Positions 20,301 to 29,641 of a stretch of DNA of 64,000 nucleotides are shown here, piece after piece (the stretch's first letter is position 1; every line of letters starts with the position of its first letter). The stretch is taken from positions 1,472,001 through 1,536,000 of the forward strand of contig CAVSZB010000007.1 of assembly GCA_963732385.1 (NCBI GenBank). Reading direction: 5' to 3'. The stretch is from an uncultured bacterium. Lineage in GTDB: Bacteria > Krumholzibacteriota > Krumholzibacteriia > LZORAL124-64-63. Made by a program: the position numbers and the translations under genes. The notes beneath the pieces are model-generated. The model saw only the letters and a program-made list of their open reading frames with translations, was not told the origin of the DNA and did no database searches.

Positions 20301-21548
20301 TTACATGCCGTACTTCTCGATGATCTCCTTCTTGCCCAGACCGAGAATGCCGTACTTGGCGCCGACCTTCTTGAAGGCGGCGAGGCCCTTGTCGAGGTGG
20401 CTCTGGTCGTGCGCGGCCGAGAGCTGGGTGCGGATGCGGGCCTGAGCCTTCGCCACGACCGGGAAGAAGAAGCCGACCACGTAGATGCCCTCCTGGAACA
20501 TGTCGCGGGCCACGTCCTGGGCGAGCTTGGCGTTGTAGAGCATCACGGGGACGATCGGGCTGTCGCCGGCCTTGATATCGAGGCCGATCTCCTGCAGGCC
20601 CTTGCGCCAGTACGCGGTGTTCCATTCGAGCTTGTCGCGGCGCGCGGTGCTGGCGGAGATCAGGTCCAGGACCTTCAACGCGCCCGACACGATGACCGGC
20701 GCCACCGTGTTCGAGAACAGGTAGGGACGCGCGCGCTGACGGCACATCTCGACCAGCTCCGCGCGGCCGCTCACGCACCCGCCCGAGGCGCCGCCGAGCG
20801 CCTTGCCGAGCGTCGTTGTGATAATATCGATCTTCCCGTAGACACCGCAGTGCTCGTGCGTGCCGCGGCCGGTCTTGCCGATGAAGCCCGAGGAGTGCGA
20901 GTCGTCCACGAACACCATGGCGTCGTACTTCTCGGCCAAAGAGACGATCTCGTCGAGCTTCGCGATGTCGCCGTCCATGGAGAAGACGCCGTCGGTGATG
21001 ATCAGGCGGAAGCGCTTGTCCTGGTGCTCCTGCAGCTTCTCTTCGAGGTGCGCCATGTCGGAATGCTTGTAGGTGTCCTGCATCGCCTTGCACAGGCGCA
21101 TGCCGTCCACGATGGAGGCGTGCACGAGGCGGTCGGCGATCATGATATCCTGCTCCGACAACAGAGCCTCGAAGACGCCGGCGTTGGCGTCCATGCAGGA
21201 GGGGAACAGGAGCGTGTCCTCGGTGCCGAGGAACTTCGTCAGGCTGTTCTCGAGCTGGCGATGGATGTCCTGCGTGCCGCAGATGAAGCGGACCGACGAC
21301 ATGCCGTAGCCGCGGTCATCGAGGCCGCGGCGCGCCGCCTCCACCACGTCGGGGTGGCTGGAAAGGCCGAGGTAGTTGTTGGCGCAGAGGTTGATGACCC
21401 TGCGCCCCGGCGCGCCGGCCGGGAATTCGACCTCGATGTCCGCGCCCTGCGGACTGCAGATGTAGCGCTCCTCCTTGAACAGGCCCGCGTCGCGCAGACC
21501 GGCCAGTTCCTTGCGGTACCACTCTCGTGCCTTGGCGGCGTATGCCAT
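20301..21548 (-). CDS. kbl: Glycine C-acetyltransferase-like alpha-oxoamine synthase (PLP)
   Basis: 'CANNYLGL', 'SVRFICGTQDIH', 'TDGVFSMDG', 'DDSH', 'TLGKALGG', 'RPYLFSN', 'ARIRTQLSAAH'. Confidence 0.85.
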   Translation of the reverse strand: MAYAAKAREWYRKELAGLRDAGLFKEERYICSPQGADIEVEFPAGAPGRRVINLCANNYLGLSSHPDVVEAARRGLDDRGYGMSSVRFICGTQDIHRQLENSLTKFLGTEDTLLFPSCMDANAGVFEALLSEQDIMIADRLVHASIVDGMRLCKAMQDTYKHSDMAHLEEKLQEHQDKRFRLIITDGVFSMDGDIAKLDEIVSLAEKYDAMVFVDDSHSSGFIGKTGRGTHEHCGVYGKIDIITTTLGKALGGASGGCVSGRAELVEMCRQRARPYLFSNTVAPVIVSGALKVLDLISASTARRDKLEWNTAYWRKGLQEIGLDIKAGDSPIVPVMLYNAKLAQDVARDMFQEGIYVVGFFFPVVAKAQARIRTQLSAAHDQSHLDKGLAAFKKVGAKYGILGLGKKEIIEKYGM

Positions 21549-21558
21549 GACGCGCCTC

Positions 21559-21807
21559 CTACTTCTTGAAGCGCTCAACGAGCGCGGCGATGCTGTTGAT
21601 GGTGTCGAAAGCCTCGGGGCTGGCGTCGGCGTCGGGGATCTGGATGCCGAACTTCTTCTCGAGGAAACGCTTCAGCGACACCATCGAGAACGAATCCACG
21701 ATGCCGCCCGAGATCAGGGCCGTGTCGTACCCGACCACACGGTCGTCGCCGTCCTCGAGGTACTCGCGGATCACATAGTCGAGGACCGTCTTCTTCAGAT
21801 CATCCAT
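21559..21807 (-). CDS. Acyl carrier protein
   Basis: 82 aa acidic protein with phosphopantetheine site 'GIVDSFS'. Confidence 0.9.
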   Translation of the reverse strand: MDDLKKTVLDYVIREYLEDGDDRVVGYDTALISGGIVDSFSMVSLKRFLEKKFGIQIPDADASPEAFDTINSIAALVERFKK

Positions 21808-21821
21808 CGTTCACTCCCGGG

Positions 21822-23522
21822 TTAGTCGTCCATCAGCGTCGAAACGTCGCCGACCGGCTCGCCGAATTCCTGCGCCCGCAGGATGCGACGCACGATCTTG
21901 CCGCTGCGCGTCTTGGGCAGCGCCTGCACGAACTCGATCTCCTGCGGCATGGCCAGGGGCGACAGCCGCTTGCGGATGAAGTTCATGATCTCCAGTTCGA
22001 GGTCGTCGTTCGGCTCGTGGCCCGGCTTGAGGGTCACGAACGCCTTGACGACTTCCATGTTGACCGGATCGGGCTTGGCCACCGCGGCCGACTCGGCCAC
22101 GGCCGGGTGCTCGATCAACGCCGACTCGATCTCGAACGGCCCGACCAGATGTCCGCCGGTGTTGATCACGTCGTCGTCGCGCCCGACGAACCAGAAGTAG
22201 CCGTCCTGGTCGATGCTGGCGCGATCGCCGCAGATGTACCAGCCGTTGCGGAACTTCGACTGGTAGCCCGCCTCGTTGCGCCAGTAGCCGCGGATCTGCG
22301 ACGGCCAGCCCGGCTTGAGCGCGATCAGCCCCACGCGTCCTGGCTCCGGGTACGGCTCGTGCGTGGCCGGATTGAGCACGGTGGCGGTTATGCCGGGGAA
22401 CGGCCGTCCCATCGAGCCCGGCTTGACCTTCATGCCCGGGAAATTGGTGATCACCATGCAACCGGTCTCGGTCTGCCAGTAGGTGTCGTGGAACGGCTGG
22501 CCGAACGCCTCCTGGCCCCACACCACGGCCTCGGCGTTGAGCGGTTCGCCAACGCTGGCGAGATGGCGCAGCGAAGAGAGATCGAATTTGCGGGCGGTCG
22601 GCGTGCCTTCGCGCATAAGCAGACGAATGGCGGTCGGGGCGGAGTACCAGACCGTGATGCGATGTTTCTGGATGAAGGCATACCACTTGTCGGTGTTGAA
22701 GCCGGCATCGAGCACACACTGCGTGACGCCGTTGGCCCACGGCCCGATAATGCCGTACGAAGTGCCGGTAACCCAGCCGGGATCGGCGTTGCACCAGTAG
22801 ATGTCGTCCGGACGCAGGTCGAGCACCCACTTCGCCGTGAGGTACTGCGAGATCAGCGAGTAGTGGACGTGCTGCGCCCCCTTCGGCTGGCCCGTGGTGC
22901 CGGAGGTGTAATGCAGCACCGACGGCGTTTCCGCCCGCGACGGGAAGGCGTCGAACTTCTCCACGCGCGGCAGCTGCGCCAGATCCAGCGCGGTCTCCCG
23001 CGCCTTCAGCGGCGCGTCGCCCTGGTCCACCACGATCACATGGCGCAGACCCGGCAGACGGTCGAGAATCTTGCGCACCTTGGGCGCGTGCTTCCTCTGC
23101 GTGATGATGGCCGCGGTCTGGGCGTTGTCGAGGCGCGTCAGCAGCGATTCGTCGCCGAAGGCGGAGAACAGCGGCTGCACGATGCCGCCCATTTTCAGGA
23201 CGGCCAGGAACCCGAGGTACAGCTCCGGTACGCGATCCATGAACAGGCAGACCCGCTCGCCCGGCTGGAGCCCGAGCCCCTGCAGGTGGACCGCCAGGGT
23301 GTTCGTGAGCAGGCGCAGGTCGTCGAACGTGTAGGTGCGCGATTCGCCCCGGTGATCCTCCCAGATCAGCGCCTGCTTCGCGCCGAGGCCGAGCTCACAG
23401 ATACGGTCGCTGCAGTGCCAGCCGATGTTGAGAGGCTCGCCCTTGCGATACCCCAGCTCCTTTTCGGCCTGTGACCAGTCGAAATCCCGCAGACGTTCCT
23501 CGTAGCTCGGGCTGTTGCTCAT
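21822..23522 (-). CDS. acsA: Acetate--CoA ligase-like adenylate-forming enzyme
   Basis: 'YTSGTTGQPKG', 'ADPGWVTGTSYG', 'VGEPLN', 'DTYWQTETG', 'GRDDDVI', 'PKTRSGKIVRR'. Confidence 0.8.
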   Translation of the reverse strand: MSNSPSYEERLRDFDWSQAEKELGYRKGEPLNIGWHCSDRICELGLGAKQALIWEDHRGESRTYTFDDLRLLTNTLAVHLQGLGLQPGERVCLFMDRVPELYLGFLAVLKMGGIVQPLFSAFGDESLLTRLDNAQTAAIITQRKHAPKVRKILDRLPGLRHVIVVDQGDAPLKARETALDLAQLPRVEKFDAFPSRAETPSVLHYTSGTTGQPKGAQHVHYSLISQYLTAKWVLDLRPDDIYWCNADPGWVTGTSYGIIGPWANGVTQCVLDAGFNTDKWYAFIQKHRITVWYSAPTAIRLLMREGTPTARKFDLSSLRHLASVGEPLNAEAVVWGQEAFGQPFHDTYWQTETGCMVITNFPGMKVKPGSMGRPFPGITATVLNPATHEPYPEPGRVGLIALKPGWPSQIRGYWRNEAGYQSKFRNGWYICGDRASIDQDGYFWFVGRDDDVINTGGHLVGPFEIESALIEHPAVAESAAVAKPDPVNMEVVKAFVTLKPGHEPNDDLELEIMNFIRKRLSPLAMPQEIEFVQALPKTRSGKIVRRILRAQEFGEPVGDVSTLMDD

Positions 23523-23551
23523 CCGATTCGACTCCCGGGTTCGGGTTGACG

Positions 23552-23926
23552 TTAGTCTTCGAGCACCACGCTGGCGGTGGCAAGTTCATGCGTATGGGAC
23601 AGGGTCACGTGCGCGCGCCGCACGCCACGCGCCGCCGCCAGCTCACCGAGGCGGCCGACCAGGACGAGGCGCGGTACCCCCGCGTCGCTCGCCACCTCGA
23701 CGTCGCGCCACGCCGCGCCAAAGTCCGCGGCCACGGCCAGCGCCTTGAAGACCGCCTCCTTGGCCGCGAAGCGGGCGGCGAAGTGCTGGGCAGGAAAGTG
23801 CTTGCGGTCGCAGTAGGCGATCTCGGCGGGGGTAAAGACCGTGTCGCGGAACCCCGCACCGTCGGCGGCGAGTTGCCGCGCGACCCGGGCGACCTCGATC
23901 AGATCGATGCCAATGCCGAGAATCAT
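23552..23926 (-). CDS. acpS: Holo-ACP synthase (phosphopantetheinyl transferase)
   Basis: 'MILGIGIDLIE', 'AARFAAKEAVFKAL', 'VTLSH'. Confidence 0.92.
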   Translation of the reverse strand: MILGIGIDLIEVARVARQLAADGAGFRDTVFTPAEIAYCDRKHFPAQHFAARFAAKEAVFKALAVAADFGAAWRDVEVASDAGVPRLVLVGRLGELAAARGVRRAHVTLSHTHELATASVVLED

Positions 23927-24203
23927 GCGCCCGTGGCGCCACCTTGCCTGGAGCGGGAAAGCCGCGCGTCGCGGACTCCCGACCCGCGACACGACGCAAA
24001 CATGAGGCCCGGCCGGCACGATGGCAAGGCCGCGCCGTCGATCCCGGCAGGCCTATCCGGACCTCGTCTGTCCAAATCGAGATCGCGGCGAACCAGACCG
24101 GCTTCGCGGCGCAACTTCAAGGACGGATCTGGCCGCGGGTCGCGGAGCCGGCTAGAATGACGGCGCGCCGCGTGCGCGGCGGAGCCCACGGAAGGAGAGC
24201 GCG

Positions 24204-24974
24204 ATGCTGAAGGGACAGACGGCCCTGGTGACCGGGGCCAGTTCGGGAATCGGCCGGGCCTGCGCCGAGGCGTTTGCCCACGCGGGGTGCCGGCTCATCC
24301 TCGCCGCGAGGCGGCGTGATCGCCTGGACAAGTTCGCGGCGGCCCTGCGCACCGCGCACGGCGTGGCAACGCTCACGCTGGAGCTGGACGTGCGCGACCG
24401 CGCCGCCGTTGACGCGGCGTTGCGCCACCTGCCGGCCGACTGGGCGGAGGTCGATCTGCTCGTCAACAACGCGGGGCTCTCGCGCGGACTCGACAAGCTG
24501 CCCGCCGCCGATCCCGTGGATTACGAGGAAATGATCGACACCAACGTAAAGGGACTGCTCTGGGTGAGCCAGGCGATCCTGCCCGGCATGGTGACGCGCG
24601 ACCGCGGGCACGTAGTGAACATCGGGTCGATCGCGGGGCACCAGGTCTACGCGGGGGGCAGCGTCTATTGCGCCACCAAGCACGCGGTGGCGGCAATCAC
24701 GCAGGGGCTCCGCCTCGATCTGCTCGGCACGCTGGTGCGGGTGTCGACGGTCGATCCGGGCATGGTCGAAACCGAATTCAGCCTCGTGCGCTTCCACGGC
24801 GACGCTCCGCGCGCGAACCAGGTCTATACCCAGTTTCCCCCGCTGAGCGCGGAGGATGTGGCCGAGGCAGTGTTGTGGTGCGTGACCCGCCCGTGGCACG
24901 TCAACGTGGCGGAGATCATCCTGATGCCGACCGACCAGGCCGCGGTCTACGGGAGCCATCCGCGCGGGCGCTGA
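24204..24974 (+). CDS. SDR oxidoreductase, YdfG-like NADP-dependent 3-hydroxy acid dehydrogenase
   Basis: 'TGASSGIG', 'ARR', 'NNAG', 'YCATK', 'PGMVETEFSLVRFHGD', 'TRPWHVNV'. Confidence 0.85.
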   Translation: MLKGQTALVTGASSGIGRACAEAFAHAGCRLILAARRRDRLDKFAAALRTAHGVATLTLELDVRDRAAVDAALRHLPADWAEVDLLVNNAGLSRGLDKLPAADPVDYEEMIDTNVKGLLWVSQAILPGMVTRDRGHVVNIGSIAGHQVYAGGSVYCATKHAVAAITQGLRLDLLGTLVRVSTVDPGMVETEFSLVRFHGDAPRANQVYTQFPPLSAEDVAEAVLWCVTRPWHVNVAEIILMPTDQAAVYGSHPRGR

Positions 24975-24991
24975 GCCCCGCGCGGCGCCGG

Positions 24992-27208
24992 TCACCAGGC
25001 CGATTCGACCGCCAGCACCGTGAACCGCCGCCGCTCCGGAGGATCGCCGAACACGACTGTCTCGCCGGGGCGCCGCCCCATGAACGCCAGCGCCAGCGGC
25101 GCATTGTAGTTGAGCACCTGGTTCTCGGGATCGGCGTCCCAGGGCCCCAGGAAGATGAAAGTGGTGTCGTCCGTCTGACCCTCCTCCCGCGCCCGCACGC
25201 GCGTGCCGATGTTCACGAACGGGCTGGTCGGCAGATCGGCGGGAATCAGGCGGGCGGTGGCCAGCTCTTTTTCGATGTGGGTCGCACGGCTCGTGATCAG
25301 ATCGCGCTTCTCGAGCGCCGCCTTGTACTCCGCGTTCTCGCTCAGGTCGCCATGCGCCGCGGCCTCGCCGATCTGCCTGGCCACCTCGGGCAGGTCCACC
25401 TTGATGAGATCGTCGAATTCCTGGCGCCGGCGCTCCAGTCCGGCCGGGGTCGTGTAGATGACGTCTTCATCCCAGGGCCGTTCGGTTTCGGCAAACACCT
25501 CGGGGTGCGTCGCGCGGACGTAGCTGAGCAGCTCCTGGCGGCCGGGGGCGGTCAGCCCGCCGTTTTCCGTGATCAGGATCTTCATCCGGCGCGCGGCATC
25601 GGGATCAAGTCCGGTCATCAATTCGCGCGCCGGCAGCCCGCTGGCGCCCGAGAGCGCCTGTTGCGCCTGTGCCAGCACCCTGTGGTGGCGCTCGTCATCC
25701 GAGACGCCGCACAGGCGTCCGGTGGCGTCGGCGAGCTGCAGCAGGGCCAGGAACACGTCCAACTCCGGCAACAGCGCCATGGAGGCCAGCATCGGCGACA
25801 GTCGTGACGCCCGCCGCGCCCGCCACAGCCACACCAGCATGTCGGGGGCGGTGGTCGGACGGTCGACGACCTCGCGCAGGGCTGCCTCCAGCGCCGCGAC
25901 ATGGCCACCGTCGGCAAGCTCACGCACCATCATCTCGCCGAGCCGACGGCCGGCACGCGGCAGGATCTTGGCCCACACCGGGGCCCAGCGGTCCGGCAGC
26001 GACGCGCGCAGGAAGTCGAGCGTCACGCGCAGCAGACGTTCGTCGAGCCGGCGCGCAAGCTGCGCCAGATCCTCTATGCGTCCGAGCACCTGCGCCACGG
26101 CGTTGGGGCCGGGGCGCGGCACGGCGGCGCCGCGCGCGGCGATCTCGGCGTGGACCGCCAGACAGGCGAGCGCCAGCGGCGGATCGGCCGGCAGAAGTAC
26201 CATCGCCTGACGCGCCACAGCCTGGCCGAACCAGGCGAGCAGGTCGGGGTCGGACGGATGCTCGGTCGTGGCTTCGTCGAGATAGCCGAGCGTCAGACGC
26301 AGACGCTCCTCCGGCGTGGTCAGAGCAGTGAATTCGTCGCGCAGGCGATCCGCGCGCGTGCGGTCGGCAGCCAGGAGCCGGTAGACCGGCTGCGTGCCTC
26401 CCGTAGCCTCGATCCGCGCGTCGCGCCTGATGGCCGCCCGCGCCCCGGTCCACCACGCCGCCCAGCCCTTCTCGCCCAGCAACGTGATCACCTGCACCTT
26501 CAGATCGCGATAGCCAAGGGCGCCGTCCTTGCTCGCCTCGACGGCACGGCGGACGAATACGGCCGGTTCGGCCAGCGCGATCTCGCTCAGTAATTCGGGG
26601 CTGTAGAGCAGCAGCGCGCGGAAGTGATCCGCAGGCAGCGCAATCACGCCCGGCACCTCTTCCCGCGTGAGCGCCTGCCGGTGCTTGCCGAAACGGACCG
26701 TGATCCCCCCTCCGGCATCGAGCGTCTCCACCACGCCCGGCTCGTAGTGGCGCGACTCCTTGACGAACGCGCCCGGACGCAGACGTGTGTAGGCATCGGC
26801 CAGGTTGACGGCGTCGGCCAACGATCCGTCACCCTTGAACACCGAGCGCAGCAGGGCGGCGAGTGGCGCGTCATCGCCATGCGCCGCGGCATAGTAGCGC
26901 GGCAGCTCGCGGCGCAGCAGCCGCGATTCCGGCAGCTCCGCCGCCGCCTGGCGCGCAGCGGCCAGCGCCGTGGCCTCTCCGGCGCGCTCCGTGAGTGACG
27001 CCAGCAGCACCTCGAGCAGCGCGTCCGCCCGCTCCGCCTCACCCAGCCTGCCCACCTGTCCGACGATCGGGACCAGTTCGGCGGCCCCGATCCCCCCCTC
27101 GGCCAGCGCCTCCATCCAGGCCGTGTCCAGTTCTTCGAACTTCTGCGCGTTGGCAAGCCGGTGCAGTTTGGCCAGGCTGGGACCTTGGTGGTCTGTCGTT
27201 TCCGACAT
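24992..27208 (-). CDS. greA: GreA/GreB-family transcription elongation factor with long N-terminal extension
   Basis: C-terminal ~160 aa with 'HGDLSENAEYKAA', 'IGTRV', 'LGPWDADP', 'APLALAFMG'; ~575 aa helical N-terminus. Confidence 0.85.
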   Translation of the reverse strand: MSETTDHQGPSLAKLHRLANAQKFEELDTAWMEALAEGGIGAAELVPIVGQVGRLGEAERADALLEVLLASLTERAGEATALAAARQAAAELPESRLLRRELPRYYAAAHGDDAPLAALLRSVFKGDGSLADAVNLADAYTRLRPGAFVKESRHYEPGVVETLDAGGGITVRFGKHRQALTREEVPGVIALPADHFRALLLYSPELLSEIALAEPAVFVRRAVEASKDGALGYRDLKVQVITLLGEKGWAAWWTGARAAIRRDARIEATGGTQPVYRLLAADRTRADRLRDEFTALTTPEERLRLTLGYLDEATTEHPSDPDLLAWFGQAVARQAMVLLPADPPLALACLAVHAEIAARGAAVPRPGPNAVAQVLGRIEDLAQLARRLDERLLRVTLDFLRASLPDRWAPVWAKILPRAGRRLGEMMVRELADGGHVAALEAALREVVDRPTTAPDMLVWLWRARRASRLSPMLASMALLPELDVFLALLQLADATGRLCGVSDDERHHRVLAQAQQALSGASGLPARELMTGLDPDAARRMKILITENGGLTAPGRQELLSYVRATHPEVFAETERPWDEDVIYTTPAGLERRRQEFDDLIKVDLPEVARQIGEAAAHGDLSENAEYKAALEKRDLITSRATHIEKELATARLIPADLPTSPFVNIGTRVRAREEGQTDDTTFIFLGPWDADPENQVLNYNAPLALAFMGRRPGETVVFGDPPERRRFTVLAVESAW

Positions 27209-27353
27209 CAGCGACTCCTCGGGGGAATCCAGGCTCAGGGCAAGGCTCAGGTCAGTGAAGTTAGCAGGGCAACGCCGTCAGGGAAAGACACGGACGGGCC
27301 GCCGGACGAAATCGCCCCGGCGGCCCGCCGATCACGGCACGCGATGCGAACAA

Positions 27354-27995
27354 CTACTTGAGCATGGTCATCTTCCAGGTACTGACCGCTCCGCCGCAGC
27401 GGAAGCGGACCACATACTGACCCGACCCGCGCACGGAACCGTTGTCATCCGCCCCGTTCCACAACGCTCCATGCCAGCCCGGCGAGCTCTCCACCGGCAG
27501 CCGGCGCACAAGATGCCCACGCAGGTCGTACACTTCGAGGCTGAGCGGCGCGCCGAGGTCGGCGTTTTCAGGCACGCCGTAGGTGATCGTGGTCTGCGGA
27601 TTGAATGGGTTCGGGAAGTTCGGCATCAGCAGGGCCGCGGAGGGTAGTTCGTCCCCGGTCTGGGGGATTTCGGGCTCGAAAAAGACCACGTCCGACGGCA
27701 GGCTGAGGGCCCCCTCGCGACCGTCAAACGCCACCCCGCTCACCTGGATCCGATGATGCACCCCACGAACCGCAGCGAATACGTACGTCGTATCCGCCGC
27801 AGTGCCATCGAGGGCTGGCGACCCGCCGTCATTGATCTTGTAGACGTTGTAGTGCGCGACGGCTGCGCCAGTGTGCGGAGCGCTCCAGCGGAACCGGACG
27901 GGCACGGTCTGCGCACCGACCACAGCCGGCACCAGCAGCGTCAGCAGCAGAGCAAAGCCAAGGATTCGTGTCGGTTTCAAGTCGACCATCTCCAT
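27354..27995 (-). CDS. Secreted protein: FN3-like domain plus FlgD-Ig C-terminal domain
   Basis: Signal peptide; 'WSAP...YNVY'; 'PNFPNPFNPQTTITY...VYDLRG...WNGADD...SGQY'. Confidence 0.8.
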   Translation of the reverse strand: MEMVDLKPTRILGFALLLTLLVPAVVGAQTVPVRFRWSAPHTGAAVAHYNVYKINDGGSPALDGTAADTTYVFAAVRGVHHRIQVSGVAFDGREGALSLPSDVVFFEPEIPQTGDELPSAALLMPNFPNPFNPQTTITYGVPENADLGAPLSLEVYDLRGHLVRRLPVESSPGWHGALWNGADDNGSVRGSGQYVVRFRCGGAVSTWKMTMLK

Positions 27996-28051
27996 GCCTC
28001 GTTCGATCCTTCGTGACGTTCGGCTAAGATGCTGGATGTATCGACTGAAAC

Positions 28052-28067
28052 TGCAACTCCGGTGCCA
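28052..28067 (-). promoter_or_regulatory. Sigma54 (-24/-12) promoter for the FN3/FlgD gene
   Basis: Minus strand reads TGGCACCGGAGTTGCA, near-consensus TGGCAC-N5-TTGCA; IHF-like site at 28113-28125. Confidence 0.75.
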
Positions 28068-28376
28068 CGGTCTCCATACACTCGGCCTGCGCTCTCGCAA
28101 CCGGCTTTTCCTTAACGAGTTGAGCGCCCTCCACAGTTCGCGATCTTCATCGTTCCCCACCGCGCATCTGGCCGCGCTCTCCTTATTTGCCACGGCCTGC
28201 GGCTCCCCCAGAGAAACAAAAGGGATTCCCGAGCGGCCTGTCAAGAGTGATTTCCTCCGAGACGATCGTGCCGTCTTGTTCCCCGGACTATCCCTCCGCG
28301 CCGCCTTGTCCGTCGGCAGCGCGCGTGCTAGCCTGTATCGACCGGCTGCCGGTGCCTGTTTACAGGAAGGTGCAGG

Positions 28377-28736
28377 ATGCAAGCGAATCGTCGCCGCGAA
28401 ATCGCGCTGCTGGCAGGCGTATCGATATTGATGATCGCGATCGGAGCAGCCAATCTGCGCGCCTCAAGGCGCGATACGGCCACGCTCGTCTGTCTCTCGA
28501 ACATGCGCACGCTGCTGCGCGGCGCCGACGTCTTCGCCGCCAGCCACACCCTGTCCGGTCCTTCGCTGGACCTGGCGCAGCTCGCGCAGACCGGGCTCGT
28601 TACCGAGAAGGTCGGTCGCTGCCCCCTCGGGACCGGCCCCGGCCCCGACTATCTGGTCACCCTGCGCGACGGCCGCCCGCTGCGGATCGTCTGTCTCGTC
28701 GATTCCACGCGACACCGCTGGAACGCCGAACCGTGA
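28377..28736 (+). CDS. Small pilin-like hypothetical protein
   Basis: N-terminal hydrophobic helix, 'CLSNMRTL', 'CPLG...Y...C'; GTGA overlap with nfo. Confidence 0.5.
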   Translation: MQANRRREIALLAGVSILMIAIGAANLRASRRDTATLVCLSNMRTLLRGADVFAASHTLSGPSLDLAQLAQTGLVTEKVGRCPLGTGPGPDYLVTLRDGRPLRIVCLVDSTRHRWNAEP

Positions 28737-29641
28737 CCGCGCGTCCCCCCGACGACCTGCTCGGGGCTCACGTCTCCACGGCGGGCGGCGTGGCGACCGC
28801 TCCGGCGCGGGCGGCCGCGCTGCCGGCGCACGCCTTCCAGATCTTCACCCGCAATCAGAACCAGTGGGTCGGCCGACCGCTCACCGACGAGACCGTGGCT
28901 GCCTGGCAGGCCGAGCTTGCCGCGCACGGCCTCCATTCGCGTCGGGTCTGCGCCCACGACTCGTATCTCATCAACCTGGCCGCCGTGGATTCCGAAGTGC
29001 GACGCAGATCGCGGGTGGCGTTCGTGGATGAGATCGTCCGCTGCGCGCGACTGGACATCCCTTTCCTCGTGTTCCACCCCGGCAGCCATCTCGGCGCCGG
29101 CGAGGCGGCCGGCCTCGCGGCGGTCGCGCGGGAGCTCGACATCTGCCTCGAGGAGGCGGATGGCCCCGGAGTCACCCTCTGCATCGAGACCACGGCGGGC
29201 CAGGGCACGAACCTCGGCTGGCGAGCGGAGCACCTGCGGGACATCATCGCGGCGAGCCGCCACCCGGACCGGCTGGGGGTCTGCCTCGACACCTGCCACG
29301 TCGTGGCATCCGGCTACGGGCTGGGCACCGCGCGGGAGTGGGCGGAAACCGCCGCCGTGTTCGCGAATGCGGTCGGGCTGGATCGGATCCGCGTACTGCA
29401 CCTGAACGATTCGAAGAAGCCGCGCGGCAGCCGTGTGGACCGGCATGAGCGCATCGGGCGCGGCGAGCTGGGCGAGGCGTCGTTCCGCCACATCCTGCGC
29501 GAGGCGCGCCTGGCGCACGCGCTGGGGATTCTCGAGGTTCCAGGCGGCGACGAGGCCTTCGCGGAGGACCTCGCGCTGTTGCGCCGGCTGCGGGGCCGCC
29601 GGGCAAAGCCGCCTGGCACGGAAGCGGCGGATCGTGACTGA
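28733..29641 (+). CDS. nfo: Endonuclease IV
   Basis: 'GAHVSTAGG', 'HDSYLINL', 'HPGSH', 'ETTAGQG', 'CLDTCH', 'HLNDSK', 'DRHERIG'. Confidence 0.95.
   Translation: MTARPPDDLLGAHVSTAGGVATAPARAAALPAHAFQIFTRNQNQWVGRPLTDETVAAWQAELAAHGLHSRRVCAHDSYLINLAAVDSEVRRRSRVAFVDEIVRCARLDIPFLVFHPGSHLGAGEAAGLAAVARELDICLEEADGPGVTLCIETTAGQGTNLGWRAEHLRDIIAASRHPDRLGVCLDTCHVVASGYGLGTAREWAETAAVFANAVGLDRIRVLHLNDSKKPRGSRVDRHERIGRGELGEASFRHILREARLAHALGILEVPGGDEAFAEDLALLRRLRGRRAKPPGTEAADRD

Noticed and set aside
20301..21548. Calling the PLP enzyme a serine palmitoyltransferase or BioF
   Set aside because: 'SVRFICGTQ' and 'RPYLFSN' are Kbl-type, and the ligase is acetate-type rather than long-chain
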